Source: Candidatus Izemoplasmatales bacterium
GTDB lineage: Bacteria > Bacillota_I > Bacilli_A > Izemoplasmatales > Hujiaoplasmataceae
Assembly: GCA_050949045.1 (NCBI GenBank)
Contig: JBMNEZ010000001.1
Coordinates: 480,001-544,000 of the forward strand
Direction: 5' to 3'
Length of the DNA stretch: 64,000 nt
Part shown: piece by piece, positions 18,741 to 29,188 of the stretch
How the letters are laid out: the number at the start of each line of letters is the position of its first letter
Position numbering within the stretch: position 1 is the stretch's first letter
The notes under the pieces: model-generated
Databases searched by the model: none
What the model saw: the letters and a program-made list of their open reading frames with translations, nothing else
What the model was told of the DNA's origin: nothing
Program-made: the position numbers and the translations under genes

Positions 18741-19125
18741 GAAGCGGATAAGCACTTGATTGTTATAAAACGGAAGTTTTTGGTTTGATCAGCTATGGTT
18801 TTTGAATAGTAGGTTATGATACCATATGCATACTTAAATACGAAAGAAAACTACTTTTTAGCAGGGGTGCGTAAAAATGGGGTTAGAGTGTGTAAATTCT
18901 CACTAAGGGTGCGCATTTGTATTAAAATAGGTTACACAACCCATACTATGACAAGGGTTTTGATACAATTCAAGCCCTTTTTTTACGGGGATAAAGCGTT
19001 ATTGTAAAGTTTTATATTAAATTTATTTTACAGATTACACAAAAGTCAATATATAACGGTTTAAATTGTGTTTTAAAAAAATAAATGATACTATATTTAC
19101 TGAATTAATTGAAAGGGAAATACAC

Positions 19126-20925
19126 ATGAAACAATTTATATCATTGCTTAAGCCGGATCGGAAAAGGATAATATTGATTTCTGTGTTGCTACTTGTTGGT
19201 GTAGCAGCTTCTCTTGCGTTGCCCACTCTGCTTAGTGAGATTATCGATAAAGGTATAAACCAGTTGGACTTTGATTATGTATGGAAAAACGCGGTACTAA
19301 TGCTAGTTCTTAGTATAATCGGAGTAATGATTAGCTTAGTGGTAAATAAGTTACTAGCTGAAGTTTATGCTTCGTATGGTAGAAGACTTAGAGACATGGT
19401 GTTTCATAAAGCTAATACCTTAACATATGAAACCGTAAATAAAATTGGGCCGTCTTCGCTCCTAACTAGATCGACAGAAGACACTTGGATTGTAACTATG
19501 ATGGCAGCCACTGCAATTAGCAATATGGTTACTATACCGGTGCTTTTGATAGGCGGAACCGTCTTAGCTTTTATTAGAGACTGGTCGTTAGCTCTCATTA
19601 TGTTTGCCAGTGTGCCTGTGCTTATGTCGATATTAATTTTCGTTTCTAAAAAAACGACACCGCTTTGGATGAAAAGCGATGAGTATATCGATATTCAAAA
19701 CGCGATAATAAAAGAGAGACTGACTGGCATCAGGGTTATTAGGGCTTTCAATAAAGAAGAGCAAGAAATGAAAAGAGCTAAAGACGCGACCAATGTGATG
19801 GCGGAAAACATTATTAAAGCTAATGTACATATGGGCATAGTCCCGCCAGTGTCTATTTTAACACTTAACCTTATCGTAATCCTTGTTTATACACTGGGAG
19901 CACTTAAAATGCAGCGACCAGGGAGTGCCCTTAGTGCGGGCAATATTGTGTCTGTTATTGAATATATTTCGCTTGCGATGTTTTCCATTATGAATATAAC
20001 GCATGCATTTGCAATGTTTCCCAGGGTTAAAGTTAGCTATAAGCGCATTAAAGAAGTATTGGATGCTGAAGGGATCCAGCCAATTACAGAAGCTGACAGT
20101 CTTCCGCTCACTGGGAATATCCGCTTTGAAGATGTTAGGTTTACCTATCCTAATGCTCTTGCTCCATCACTGACTGATTTAAATTTTGAAATAAAAAAAG
20201 GCGAAAAAGTAGCCTTCATAGGCGGGACTGGATCTGGGAAAACAACTGTAGTAAATCTACTGATGGGCTTTTTTGATAATACTGCTGGTACTATCTACTT
20301 TGACGGTGAAGAAGTCAGTAAAGTAAGCGTGCATAGACGTAGGAAGAACATTGCCTGTGTACTACAAAAAACCAACATTTTCCAAGGAACAGTTAAAAGC
20401 AATGTGCTGATGGGAAAAAAGGATGCAAATGATGAAGAGGTGTTAGAGGCATTAAAAGATGCCCAACTGGAGAGTTTTCTAAAAGAGCATGATGAAGGTT
20501 TGAATTATGAAATTCAACATTCAGGCAGTAATTTATCAGGCGGTCAAAAACAAAGACTGGCAATCGCAAGAGCTATTTTGAAAAAATCACCGATATACAT
20601 TTTTGATGACAGTTTTTCTGCACTGGATTTTTTAACCGAATCTAAAATCAGAAGAAAGTTAAATGAAAAGCTAGCTGGCATTACGCAGATATTTATAACT
20701 CAAAGAGTGGCTTCCGCTATGAGTTGTGATCGGATATATGTCTTAGATAAGGGCAAAATAATCGCAAGCGGTAAGCACAAAGAACTACTTGAAGGATGCA
20801 AAATATACAAGGAAATCTATTTATCTCAAACAGGTGGAGTGTTATTAAACGAAAACCTCGCGTTATCAGGTGGAGAAAAGCAAGATGAGTCACTATCAAA
20901 AACAGGAGGGAATGCTGATGGGTAA
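19126..20925 (+). CDS. Heterodimeric ABC exporter, degenerate-site subunit (TMD+NBD)
   Basis: GGTGSGKTT, LSGGQKQR, non-canonical DDSFSALD and TQR switch; 6 TMs. Confidence 0.93.
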   Translation: MKQFISLLKPDRKRIILISVLLLVGVAASLALPTLLSEIIDKGINQLDFDYVWKNAVLMLVLSIIGVMISLVVNKLLAEVYASYGRRLRDMVFHKANTLTYETVNKIGPSSLLTRSTEDTWIVTMMAATAISNMVTIPVLLIGGTVLAFIRDWSLALIMFASVPVLMSILIFVSKKTTPLWMKSDEYIDIQNAIIKERLTGIRVIRAFNKEEQEMKRAKDATNVMAENIIKANVHMGIVPPVSILTLNLIVILVYTLGALKMQRPGSALSAGNIVSVIEYISLAMFSIMNITHAFAMFPRVKVSYKRIKEVLDAEGIQPITEADSLPLTGNIRFEDVRFTYPNALAPSLTDLNFEIKKGEKVAFIGGTGSGKTTVVNLLMGFFDNTAGTIYFDGEEVSKVSVHRRRKNIACVLQKTNIFQGTVKSNVLMGKKDANDEEVLEALKDAQLESFLKEHDEGLNYEIQHSGSNLSGGQKQRLAIARAILKKSPIYIFDDSFSALDFLTESKIRRKLNEKLAGITQIFITQRVASAMSCDRIYVLDKGKIIASGKHKELLEGCKIYKEIYLSQTGGVLLNENLALSGGEKQDESLSKTGGNADG

Positions 20926-22708
20926 ATCAACAAAACCTCGTGTTAAAAAAGAAAGAGATAGAACTGTTTTAAGATTGCTGTTTGAAGCTAAAAAAATCCG
21001 CTCCGGACTAATAGTGGGGAGTGTTTTAGCTATACTTGTCATTGCGACCAATATGGTGGCACCGCTGTTTACAAAAGAAATAGTCGATATTTTAAATCAT
21101 TTTTGGCTTGTAAAGGGAACGGATCAAACATTTGATTTAATGCAAGCAGTGTCGATGCCAATTTTATTGCTACTTGCCATATATGTTATAAAATCTATCC
21201 TAACGTATATAAAAATGCTAGTCATGAACTTTACCGTCAGTAGGCACTTTACGGCAAATATCCGCATTCAGATGTCAGACAAAATTAAAATGTTACCAGT
21301 CAGTTATGTGGATAAAACGGAGCCAGGTCAACTGCTTTCAAGAATAGTGTCCGATGTGTCCGATATGGGAAATACTATACATCAAGTTATCGATACATTA
21401 ATAATGGGCGTTTTCCAAGTTATAGCGATGATGGTCATGATGATCATTATAAATTGGCAACTAGCCTTGGTGGTGATTGGTGTTGTCCCAATCTCGATGG
21501 TATTAGCTACGATAATCGGGGGAAAAAGCTCGAAGCATTTTACAAAAGAAAGAGAGATTGTAGAAAAATACTATGTACAGTTGGAGGAAACCTATTCTGG
21601 GTATGCTACTGTCAAAGCATATGGATTGGAATCGGATGTTGAGGACGAAGCTGCGAGCATAAATAAAAAAATGGCGGAATCTACAAGCAAGGGCCATACG
21701 CTGATAGGGATGATGGTTCCTGTCGTAACGTTCACCAGCAGTATAACATATGCATTGATTTGTCTGCTGGGCGGCTATCTTGCGATTAACGGGATTCTAT
21801 CACTGGGCGGAGTTATTGCAATTTTATTATATTCCAAACAATTTAGTCAGCCTTTAAATCAAATAGCACAAGGTATGGGCTATATGCAGAAAGTCAAAGT
21901 GTCTGCTAAAAGAGTATATGAAATGCTAGACCATGAAGAGATGGAAGTCATAGAAGGGGAAATGCCAAAAGAGATAGAAGGGCACGTTAAGTTTGAAGAT
22001 GTGAACTTTAGTTACAGGAAGGATAAGCCCCTTATCGAAAACTTGAATATAGATATCAAAAAAGGACAAAAGGTAGCTATTGTCGGGCCGACAGGCGCAG
22101 GAAAGACGACGATAGTTAATTTGCTTATGCGTTTTTATGACATACAAAGTGGTCATATTTACATTGATGGAGTGGATATTAATACGGTATCTAGAGAAAG
22201 CGTACGAGACTTGTTTTCAATGGTCTTACAAGAAACATGGCTCTTTAAGGGAACCGTATTTGAAAACATAGCATATGCAAAAGAAGGAGCGACTTTAGAA
22301 GAAGTCATGGAGGCTTGCGATCACGCTTATGCGGACCATTTCATTCGCGCATTACCAGATGGATATGACACTATGCTAGATGAAGGAACATCTAATTTGT
22401 CAGGCGGACAAAAGCAGCTGCTTACCATTGCCAGAGCATTTTTATCAGCCCGAGAACTACTCATTCTAGATGAAGCAACCTCCAATGTGGACACTAGAAC
22501 AGAAATCTTGATCCAAAAAGCAATGGATAAACTTATGAAGGATAAGACGGCATTTGTGATAGCTCACAGGTTATCAACTATAGCGAATGCCGATTTGATT
22601 TTGGTTATAAATGATGGCAGTATAGTAGAGACAGGTACGCATAGATCGTTGCTGGAAAAAGATGGTTTCTATGCTGAAATATATAACAGTCAGTATCTGA
22701 CCAAATAA
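20918..22708 (+). CDS. Heterodimeric ABC exporter, consensus-site subunit (TMD+NBD)
   Basis: GPTGAGKTT, LSGGQKQL, DEATSNVD, AHRLST; AGGAGG RBS. Confidence 0.93.
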   Translation: MGKSTKPRVKKERDRTVLRLLFEAKKIRSGLIVGSVLAILVIATNMVAPLFTKEIVDILNHFWLVKGTDQTFDLMQAVSMPILLLLAIYVIKSILTYIKMLVMNFTVSRHFTANIRIQMSDKIKMLPVSYVDKTEPGQLLSRIVSDVSDMGNTIHQVIDTLIMGVFQVIAMMVMMIIINWQLALVVIGVVPISMVLATIIGGKSSKHFTKEREIVEKYYVQLEETYSGYATVKAYGLESDVEDEAASINKKMAESTSKGHTLIGMMVPVVTFTSSITYALICLLGGYLAINGILSLGGVIAILLYSKQFSQPLNQIAQGMGYMQKVKVSAKRVYEMLDHEEMEVIEGEMPKEIEGHVKFEDVNFSYRKDKPLIENLNIDIKKGQKVAIVGPTGAGKTTIVNLLMRFYDIQSGHIYIDGVDINTVSRESVRDLFSMVLQETWLFKGTVFENIAYAKEGATLEEVMEACDHAYADHFIRALPDGYDTMLDEGTSNLSGGQKQLLTIARAFLSARELLILDEATSNVDTRTEILIQKAMDKLMKDKTAFVIAHRLSTIANADLILVINDGSIVETGTHRSLLEKDGFYAEIYNSQYLTK

Positions 22709-22829
22709 TAGAAAACTATTCAATAGCATCTTCACTTGTGATTAGAAACAAGGAATATAAAATACACATATAAAACAGAAGAAAATCCAATCGCAAACTG
22801 ATTGTTTTAACATTTAGTGACGCTGATGA

Positions 22830-24137
22830 TCATCCCGTAAAAAATTCATCTCGCACCAGGTCTTGAAGAAATATTTTTCTTGTTCTCGCTCCCTTTGCTT
22901 GCTCAAAAAGGTCATATCCCTCTTTTTGACAGGCGGGGCAGGCTTTTCTCGGTATCGTGATTCCCAGAAGCGTTGCTCCCCTATCATTATGAGATTGGAT
23001 CGTATCTACTCCCGGACAGTTCGGACAGAGCCTAAATTCTTGAACTTGTGATTCCATGATACCGACAGTATCATAATAGACTCGACGGTTTCTCTTCACG
23101 GAAAACTGGCCCTCAAAGCGCTTTCTCCCAAGAGATTCTTTGTGTTGCCAAATATGAAGAACCTCTTCGGAAATTCTCTTCACTTGCTCGGTAACCATGC
23201 CGGACTGTTTCCATTTTCCGAGATGATAATCGGGCTCCACAACACCTGAATAGTCAAGCCCAGCCATAGCGAGAATAATACCGGTATTCACATACGGCAG
23301 TGCCCCCTGAATCGAATATCCACCTTCTAAAACGGCGATATCGGGGTTTAAGCGGCTGTTGAGTTTGGCATATCCTTGAGCGGAAAAGTTCATATTAGTA
23401 AGGGGATCAGTGTAGTGATTGTCCTGCCCCGCCGAGTTTATGATGAGATCCGGCTTGTAATCCTTGAGAATGGGAAGGACGGTGTTTTCAAGGACGTACT
23501 GAAATCCTTCGTCTCCGGTATATGGCGGAAGCGGTATATTGACATTGTACCCGTAGGCAGACGGTCCGCCGAGATCTTCTATCGGCCCTGTTCCCGGATA
23601 GAGGGTTCGGCCGTCCTGATGGAAGGAGATAAAGAGGGTATCTGGATCATTCCAGTAGATATCTTCCGTCCCGTCTCCATGATGACAGTCGGTATCGACG
23701 ATGGCAACCCTCATATCACCATATTTTTGCCGTGCATAGGCAAGGCCGACGGCTTCGATATTAACGATGCAAAAACCCCTGTCGCCGTAAACTACGCGCT
23801 GGGCATGATGTCCGGGCGGTCTTACAAGCGCAAAGGACTTATCCGTTTCCTTACTGAGAACCGCATCGAAAGCTCTCATAACTCCGCCCGCTGCAATCAA
23901 ATGAGATTCTGTAAGCAGCTCTTCACTGCTCGGATAACAAAAATGGACGCGATCAATGTCTTTTTTTGTCGCAATCAGAGGATTGAAAAAATGAATTCCC
24001 TCCACATCCTCGATCCCTTCTTCGAGCAATTGATCCTGTGTATAGAGCAACCTTTCTTCTCTTTCCGGATGGGTGGGCGAGATTGCCCAATCGAAGGCGG
24101 GAAAAAGTATCAGTCCGAGTTTGTTCTTCGCTTTCAT
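22830..24137 (-). CDS. Histone-deacetylase-family (AcuC-like) amidohydrolase with C-terminal Cys-rich domain
   Basis: HPE, RPPGHHA, GFC, DTDCHHGDGT, YPGTG, SAGQD, LEGGY; CPNC and CPAC at the C-terminus. Confidence 0.92.
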   Translation of the reverse strand: MKAKNKLGLILFPAFDWAISPTHPEREERLLYTQDQLLEEGIEDVEGIHFFNPLIATKKDIDRVHFCYPSSEELLTESHLIAAGGVMRAFDAVLSKETDKSFALVRPPGHHAQRVVYGDRGFCIVNIEAVGLAYARQKYGDMRVAIVDTDCHHGDGTEDIYWNDPDTLFISFHQDGRTLYPGTGPIEDLGGPSAYGYNVNIPLPPYTGDEGFQYVLENTVLPILKDYKPDLIINSAGQDNHYTDPLTNMNFSAQGYAKLNSRLNPDIAVLEGGYSIQGALPYVNTGIILAMAGLDYSGVVEPDYHLGKWKQSGMVTEQVKRISEEVLHIWQHKESLGRKRFEGQFSVKRNRRVYYDTVGIMESQVQEFRLCPNCPGVDTIQSHNDRGATLLGITIPRKACPACQKEGYDLFEQAKGARTRKIFLQDLVRDEFFTG

Positions 24138-25804
24138 CGCCTTTTATCCTCTCTGTTCGTAATAAGTCCTGGTTTAATCTGAGCCCTTACCCTGATATTT
24201 TTGTTAACCCTGTATCCTTTGACCATATTGAAGCTGCTTGCCTCGACGATTTCGGTTTCTGAAGCATCAGGTGCTAGGCCCATAGCCTCACCTGCCAGCT
24301 TAACTTCGCTTAAAGCGCGCTTTTTTGCCTTTTCCAGGTCATAGGACTTATCGATCCTTTCGTAGACGCCTCTTTCCGGAATAGAGAGAATTTCTCTTTC
24401 GGTGTCGGCTAAGAGGTTAATCTCTGCCGTAGGCCTTGCCAAGGCGGCGCCGATCGCATTGGCAATTTCGTGATTTTGGGGATATTCCACCGGCATCTCG
24501 AATACTTTCTCCAGATATTTGGAAAGCGCTTTTGCCGGTCCGCCGATTACGCCGATCGACTGTGGTTTTAAAGTTCTGTCAGCCAACAACTCTCTTATCG
24601 TATATACGGGACTCGCATTGATCTTTTTAAGAGCGCTTTCAACGACTTCTTTAATGGACTTACAGAATTTGTCGATGATTTTCTCGGCAAATTCTTTAGG
24701 GGACATTTGAATTTCTTTCGCCATGCTTGCCAGTGCTTCTATGCTTTCGCGTTTGTATTCGCCTTCCATGGCGTCGAGATAGACGAGGGCATCGGTTGGT
24801 GTAAGATATTTTCCGCCAAAGGCGATTGCATGATCCTTTCTCTTTGGGCCAATCTTCAGTTCTCCTTCCTCGATGCGGACATAACTGTCACCGCCAAGAC
24901 CGATAGATGTACTGTGAATAGCACGCACCAGCGTTTTATGGCCGCCGATTTCGATACCAGAAGGTTCAAAGACCGGTACCCCATCTACGAGAAAAAACAA
25001 ATCTGTCGTAGTTCCGCCAATGTCAAGGAGGCAGCGATCTGTCTCTTTCTCTTTTAAGAGGGCTGTCATTCCCATAAGGCTGGCAGCAGGACCTGAGAGG
25101 ATGGTCTCTACGGGTTTTGTTATGGCGCCTTTGAGATTGATAGTCCCACCATCGGCCTTTAGAATATAAACCGGGGCACTGATCCCTTCGCGTTTTAGAG
25201 ATTCTTCTATGTTATCTATAAATGATTTGAATGCGGAATGGACAGCGGCATTGAAATAGGCGGTCCTAACCCTTCTCGGGAAATTCAATTTCCCGGAAAG
25301 GGTATGCCCCATCGTGATCTCGCGATAGTCATTTCGCAAATACTCGGCCGTCCGTTTTTCAAAAGCGGGGTTTCGAGACGAAAATTTGCCGATGACGGCA
25401 ATGGCTTCTACAGAATTACAAAGAAAGTGCTCTTTTGTTTTTAATAATTCATCCGCAGTCTCACTGCTTATTGGTATGCCTCTGTGATCCACGCTCCCCG
25501 TGACATCTACAACATGTTCGCACAAATTGTCGAACTCCCATTTTAGTCCCGGCCCCCTCTGTAAGATGATCCCCACTTTGGGAATTTTATTTTCCACTAT
25601 GGCATTGGTCGAAACGGTGGTGCTGAGCTGAATTCTTTGTATTTCTTCCTTATTTATCCCCTTTGTGAGTTCTTTTATACAATCCCAAACATTGTGAAAG
25701 TTATCACCCTTATTCACTGGCCGCTTGATTTGCCTCACAATTTGGCCTTCATCAATAACGACTCCGTCGATATTAGTGCCACCCATATCGATACCGATAA
25801 TCAA
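24134..25804 (-). CDS. Hydantoinase/oxoprolinase family protein
   Basis: GIDMGGTNID, STTVSTNA, TILSGPAAS, LDIGGTTTD, GLGGDS, TPTDAL, ANAIGAA; TTG start after AAGGAGG. Confidence 0.92.
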   Translation of the reverse strand: MIIGIDMGGTNIDGVVIDEGQIVRQIKRPVNKGDNFHNVWDCIKELTKGINKEEIQRIQLSTTVSTNAIVENKIPKVGIILQRGPGLKWEFDNLCEHVVDVTGSVDHRGIPISSETADELLKTKEHFLCNSVEAIAVIGKFSSRNPAFEKRTAEYLRNDYREITMGHTLSGKLNFPRRVRTAYFNAAVHSAFKSFIDNIEESLKREGISAPVYILKADGGTINLKGAITKPVETILSGPAASLMGMTALLKEKETDRCLLDIGGTTTDLFFLVDGVPVFEPSGIEIGGHKTLVRAIHSTSIGLGGDSYVRIEEGELKIGPKRKDHAIAFGGKYLTPTDALVYLDAMEGEYKRESIEALASMAKEIQMSPKEFAEKIIDKFCKSIKEVVESALKKINASPVYTIRELLADRTLKPQSIGVIGGPAKALSKYLEKVFEMPVEYPQNHEIANAIGAALARPTAEINLLADTEREILSIPERGVYERIDKSYDLEKAKKRALSEVKLAGEAMGLAPDASETEIVEASSFNMVKGYRVNKNIRVRAQIKPGLITNREDKRR

Positions 25805-26044
25805 GATTCCACCTCCTTTAAAAAACAAACCAAAATACCAAAAATAATCTTACTCTTATAAACTACCACACAAATACGAAAATAACAAAGGAGAAAGGCA
25901 ACAAGCAATAATAATTTCAGACTTGCAATTCTGCTGTTCCTTTTTTTTATTTATAACATATTAATTAATAATACGAACATATATTGGCTTTAGTAGTGAA
26001 TATCATATCTAACAAGGAAGATTGAGTGATGTTGCCATAGATGG

Positions 26045-26129
26045 TTGACAATGAGGCTAAGACAGAATAAAATAAAATGGATAATAGATTGTAGTATATT
26101 ATAGCCTTATGGCGTTTGATTATAGCCTT
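26045..26129 (+). promoter_or_regulatory. Promoter and direct-repeat operator candidate of the MMPL gene
   Basis: TTGACA (26045)-17-TAAAAT (26068); ATTATAGCCTT at 26098 and 26119. Confidence 0.6.
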
Positions 26130-26169
26130 TGATGTCAATTACTAAATTATAGGCTGAGAGGTTACGCGT

Positions 26170-28407
26170 ATGAAGAAGAAACGGGTTAAAAAATGGTCGG
26201 GGACAGTAATCGCTCTCTTATTTTGGATAGCGATTGTCATCGCCTCATTATTTGCCGTTCCGCTTGTAACCATCAACTATGATTCTACCAAATATCTTCC
26301 CGATGACATGAAGACGAAACAGTCGCTTGCGGTGATGGAGGCGGAGTTCGGACTCAAGGGACAGGCAAATGTCATGATTGGTTCTGTCGACTCGATTGAA
26401 GAAGCGCTTCGTTACAAAGATGCCCTCAAAAGCATCGATGGGGTCATGGATATCTTATGGCTAGATACTTTTATTGAGGGCGAGCAATTGGTTAAACTAG
26501 ACGAAGCGATCTTAGACATGGGTTTCAACATCTCCGAATTCGACATAACCGGTTTGAATCAGTTTTACCGAAATCACAATGTGCTGTTTCAGGTAATCTT
26601 CGACGGGGCCGACAACGCCCCGACAACGGTTAAAGCGATTAATGAGATCAGAGAGTATCTTGCCTTGATCGAGGAACCTTTCGCGATGTCCGGAACCGCG
26701 ACCGCGACCTATTTCACCAGAACATTGACGGAGAGCGAGACCTTAGGCGTGGTCGTCTATATCCTGCCGCTGGCGCTGCTCATTTTGGTTTTATTCACCA
26801 AGAGCTGGCTCGAGCCTCTGATCTATATGTTTGTCGTCGGTGTCTCCGTTCTCGTCAATATGGGAACAAACTTCATCTTTCCCTCGGTGTCCTTCCTGAC
26901 AAACTCAACCGCGATGCTCTTACAAATGGCGATAGTGATGGACTATTCTATCTTTATTTTGAATCGCTATCGTATGAGCAAGGAAGCCGGTCTTTCGACC
27001 AGAGCGGCGCTCAAGGAAGCTAGAAAAAAATCGTTTATCCCCGTTACCTCGAGCATGTTGACGACGGTGGCGAGTTTCATCGCTTTGATGTTCATGCGTT
27101 ACACTATCGGGATGGATATGGCTCTCGTCATGATCAAAGGCATCCTCATCAGTATGGTCACCGCCTTTTTCCTTTTGCCTGTTCTAGTCCGTGTTTTCAA
27201 CCGAGCTTTGGTTAAAACTGAGCACAAAATCTTCTTTCCGGAGTTTCAGGGCATATGGAAATTCGTTTTCAAACTCCGCTATGTCATCGTCGCCGCTGTT
27301 CTTATTTTGTTGGTCCCGGCCTACAATGCTCAGAACCGAAACCGGTTCATCTACGGTGACAGTGCCATTTCGGCGAGCGCGGGAACAAGGCCGTATCAAG
27401 AGAAAGAAGAAATCGACAGAGTCTTTGGCAAAAGCAACATGGTCGTGGTGCTGGTTCCTGCTGGGACCGAGATGGAACGCCAAATGATCGATCAAATCGT
27501 CGCCGATCTGGCAAGTAATGGGATCACCGCGAGCGCTCAGGCGCTCTCGACTTTAACCGATATCAACACTTATCTTGGAAGCGTTCCGGCCGAGATTCAG
27601 ACGCTCGTAAGCAATTTCATCTCTTCTGACTGGATCGAAGAACAATTTCCACAAGAAATGAAAGAACAACTGGTGAGTGAGAACTACTCGCGGATCATCT
27701 TCAATATCGCGACCGACACCGAATCGCCCGAAGCCCTGCTTGCGGTATCTAGGATGAGGGCGATCGTGCCTCAGTATTATCCAAACCAGTCGACATATCA
27801 TATCATCGGCTCCAGTTCGAGCGTCTCCGAGATCAAGGAAATCGTCGAAAGCGATCTTGTTATCGTCAATGCTGTCTCGATCGGATTGGTGCTTTTGATC
27901 CTGATCATCACCCTGAGGAGCCTGATCTTGCCCTTTATCCTTGTATTTTGTATCGAGATCTCCGTCTGGATCAATATGGCGATTCCCTATTTTACCGGGA
28001 AACCAATCATTTTCATCGGATATTTGATTGTCAGTTCAATTCAGTTGGGAGCGACGATCGATTATGGCATTCTCCTCACCCACAATTATCTCGATGCCAG
28101 GAAGACGATGGAAAAGCAGGATGCGCTCAAGATCGCACTGAAGGATTCATTACATTCGGTATTGACTTCGCTGATGATTCTCGCGGCGGCTGGGTATTCC
28201 CTCTATTTTATTTCGAGCATCGAGGGAGTTGCGATACTCGGTGAACTGATCGGTAGAGGCGGTCTTTTGTCTGGGTTCTTCGTCTTATTCTTCCTGCCTC
28301 TCTTACTGTATTTCTTCGATGGCATAATCGGGAAGTTGACTTGGAAATCGCACTTTTATCCGTGGACTCCCAAAGAAACGGAAACAATCGAAGAAGAAGA
28401 CGATTAA
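26170..28407 (+). CDS. MMPL/RND family transporter
   Basis: Two repeats of TM1-loop-5TM; MDYSIF and LGATIDYGILL motifs. Confidence 0.9.
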   Translation: MKKKRVKKWSGTVIALLFWIAIVIASLFAVPLVTINYDSTKYLPDDMKTKQSLAVMEAEFGLKGQANVMIGSVDSIEEALRYKDALKSIDGVMDILWLDTFIEGEQLVKLDEAILDMGFNISEFDITGLNQFYRNHNVLFQVIFDGADNAPTTVKAINEIREYLALIEEPFAMSGTATATYFTRTLTESETLGVVVYILPLALLILVLFTKSWLEPLIYMFVVGVSVLVNMGTNFIFPSVSFLTNSTAMLLQMAIVMDYSIFILNRYRMSKEAGLSTRAALKEARKKSFIPVTSSMLTTVASFIALMFMRYTIGMDMALVMIKGILISMVTAFFLLPVLVRVFNRALVKTEHKIFFPEFQGIWKFVFKLRYVIVAAVLILLVPAYNAQNRNRFIYGDSAISASAGTRPYQEKEEIDRVFGKSNMVVVLVPAGTEMERQMIDQIVADLASNGITASAQALSTLTDINTYLGSVPAEIQTLVSNFISSDWIEEQFPQEMKEQLVSENYSRIIFNIATDTESPEALLAVSRMRAIVPQYYPNQSTYHIIGSSSSVSEIKEIVESDLVIVNAVSIGLVLLILIITLRSLILPFILVFCIEISVWINMAIPYFTGKPIIFIGYLIVSSIQLGATIDYGILLTHNYLDARKTMEKQDALKIALKDSLHSVLTSLMILAAAGYSLYFISSIEGVAILGELIGRGGLLSGFFVLFFLPLLLYFFDGIIGKLTWKSHFYPWTPKETETIEEEDD

Positions 28408-29188
28408 AAAACCTGTTTTACGGGCTTTAAATTGTACAAATAGTATATGATATTCTTTAGGCGTTTATTCAAAACAACGCTCTTTTTTGTGAGCATTATA
28501 AAGGTTATTACCTTATATGCTAAAATGATATCTCCCTGTGTTGCTTGATAGAGCACATAACTTTATCAATTTTTTTCGCTAAGCATAAATGAAATGGAAA
28601 TTGCTATTTTTCGTATAGTATAGTATGTTTGGCAATTAATGCTATATATGGTCGCACACAGAAAGGCTATTAGTTATTTACTCTAAATTATCTTAAATTG
28701 TGCAATCAAAACAACATAGAGTGAAAAAAGATTTCAGTGGTTATATTTGAAAACGAGAAAAAAGAACAAGAAGATCTTATTAATGAAAAAAAATAAAAAT
28801 TATATGATTTGTAACATTTCGTCACTTTTTTCATTTTAGGTATTTATTTTATTCACATGTTGTGTTAAAATATACACAGTTCGTGCAAAAGCCTGCACAA
28901 ATCGTATTTATTATGGGTTATATCTTATATGTTATGCTTATGCGTAACACAAATGGTTATATCTGTAGTATAAAAAGAAAAATCATAGTCAAGCGAAGAA
29001 TGATTGTCGAAGACATTGGTCAAAGTGATTAATGTGCAGTTATGGAAGAGAGATCAGATTATGTTTTCTTGAGTTCGTTTAGAATCAAACATATATTAAG
29101 GAAAGAAAGGAGTAAAAAATATTTGAGAAGGAAAATTGTTTTACCCATCAACAAAATAAAGTTTCAAAAAAAAATATAGGAGGAAAAA

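Larger units (their letters stand above)
16751..18943. mobile_element. 2.2-kb cassette at the tRNA-Leu 3' end, followed by a second junction and further foreign-looking DNA
   Basis: AT-rich; CCA-N15-TTTGATACAAT...TCAAGCC(C)TTTTTT occurs at 16748 and again at 18941; phased triplet boxes near both ends. Confidence 0.72.

Noticed and set aside
23376..24182. 268-aa plus-strand ORF and the many other antisense ORFs in the track
   Set aside because: Shadows of well-supported genes on the opposite strand, with no independent motifs.
28408..29188. Riboswitch or ncRNA in the 780-bp AT-rich leader of the GH3 cluster
   Set aside because: No recognisable aptamer consensus or convincing stems by eye; needs an Rfam scan.
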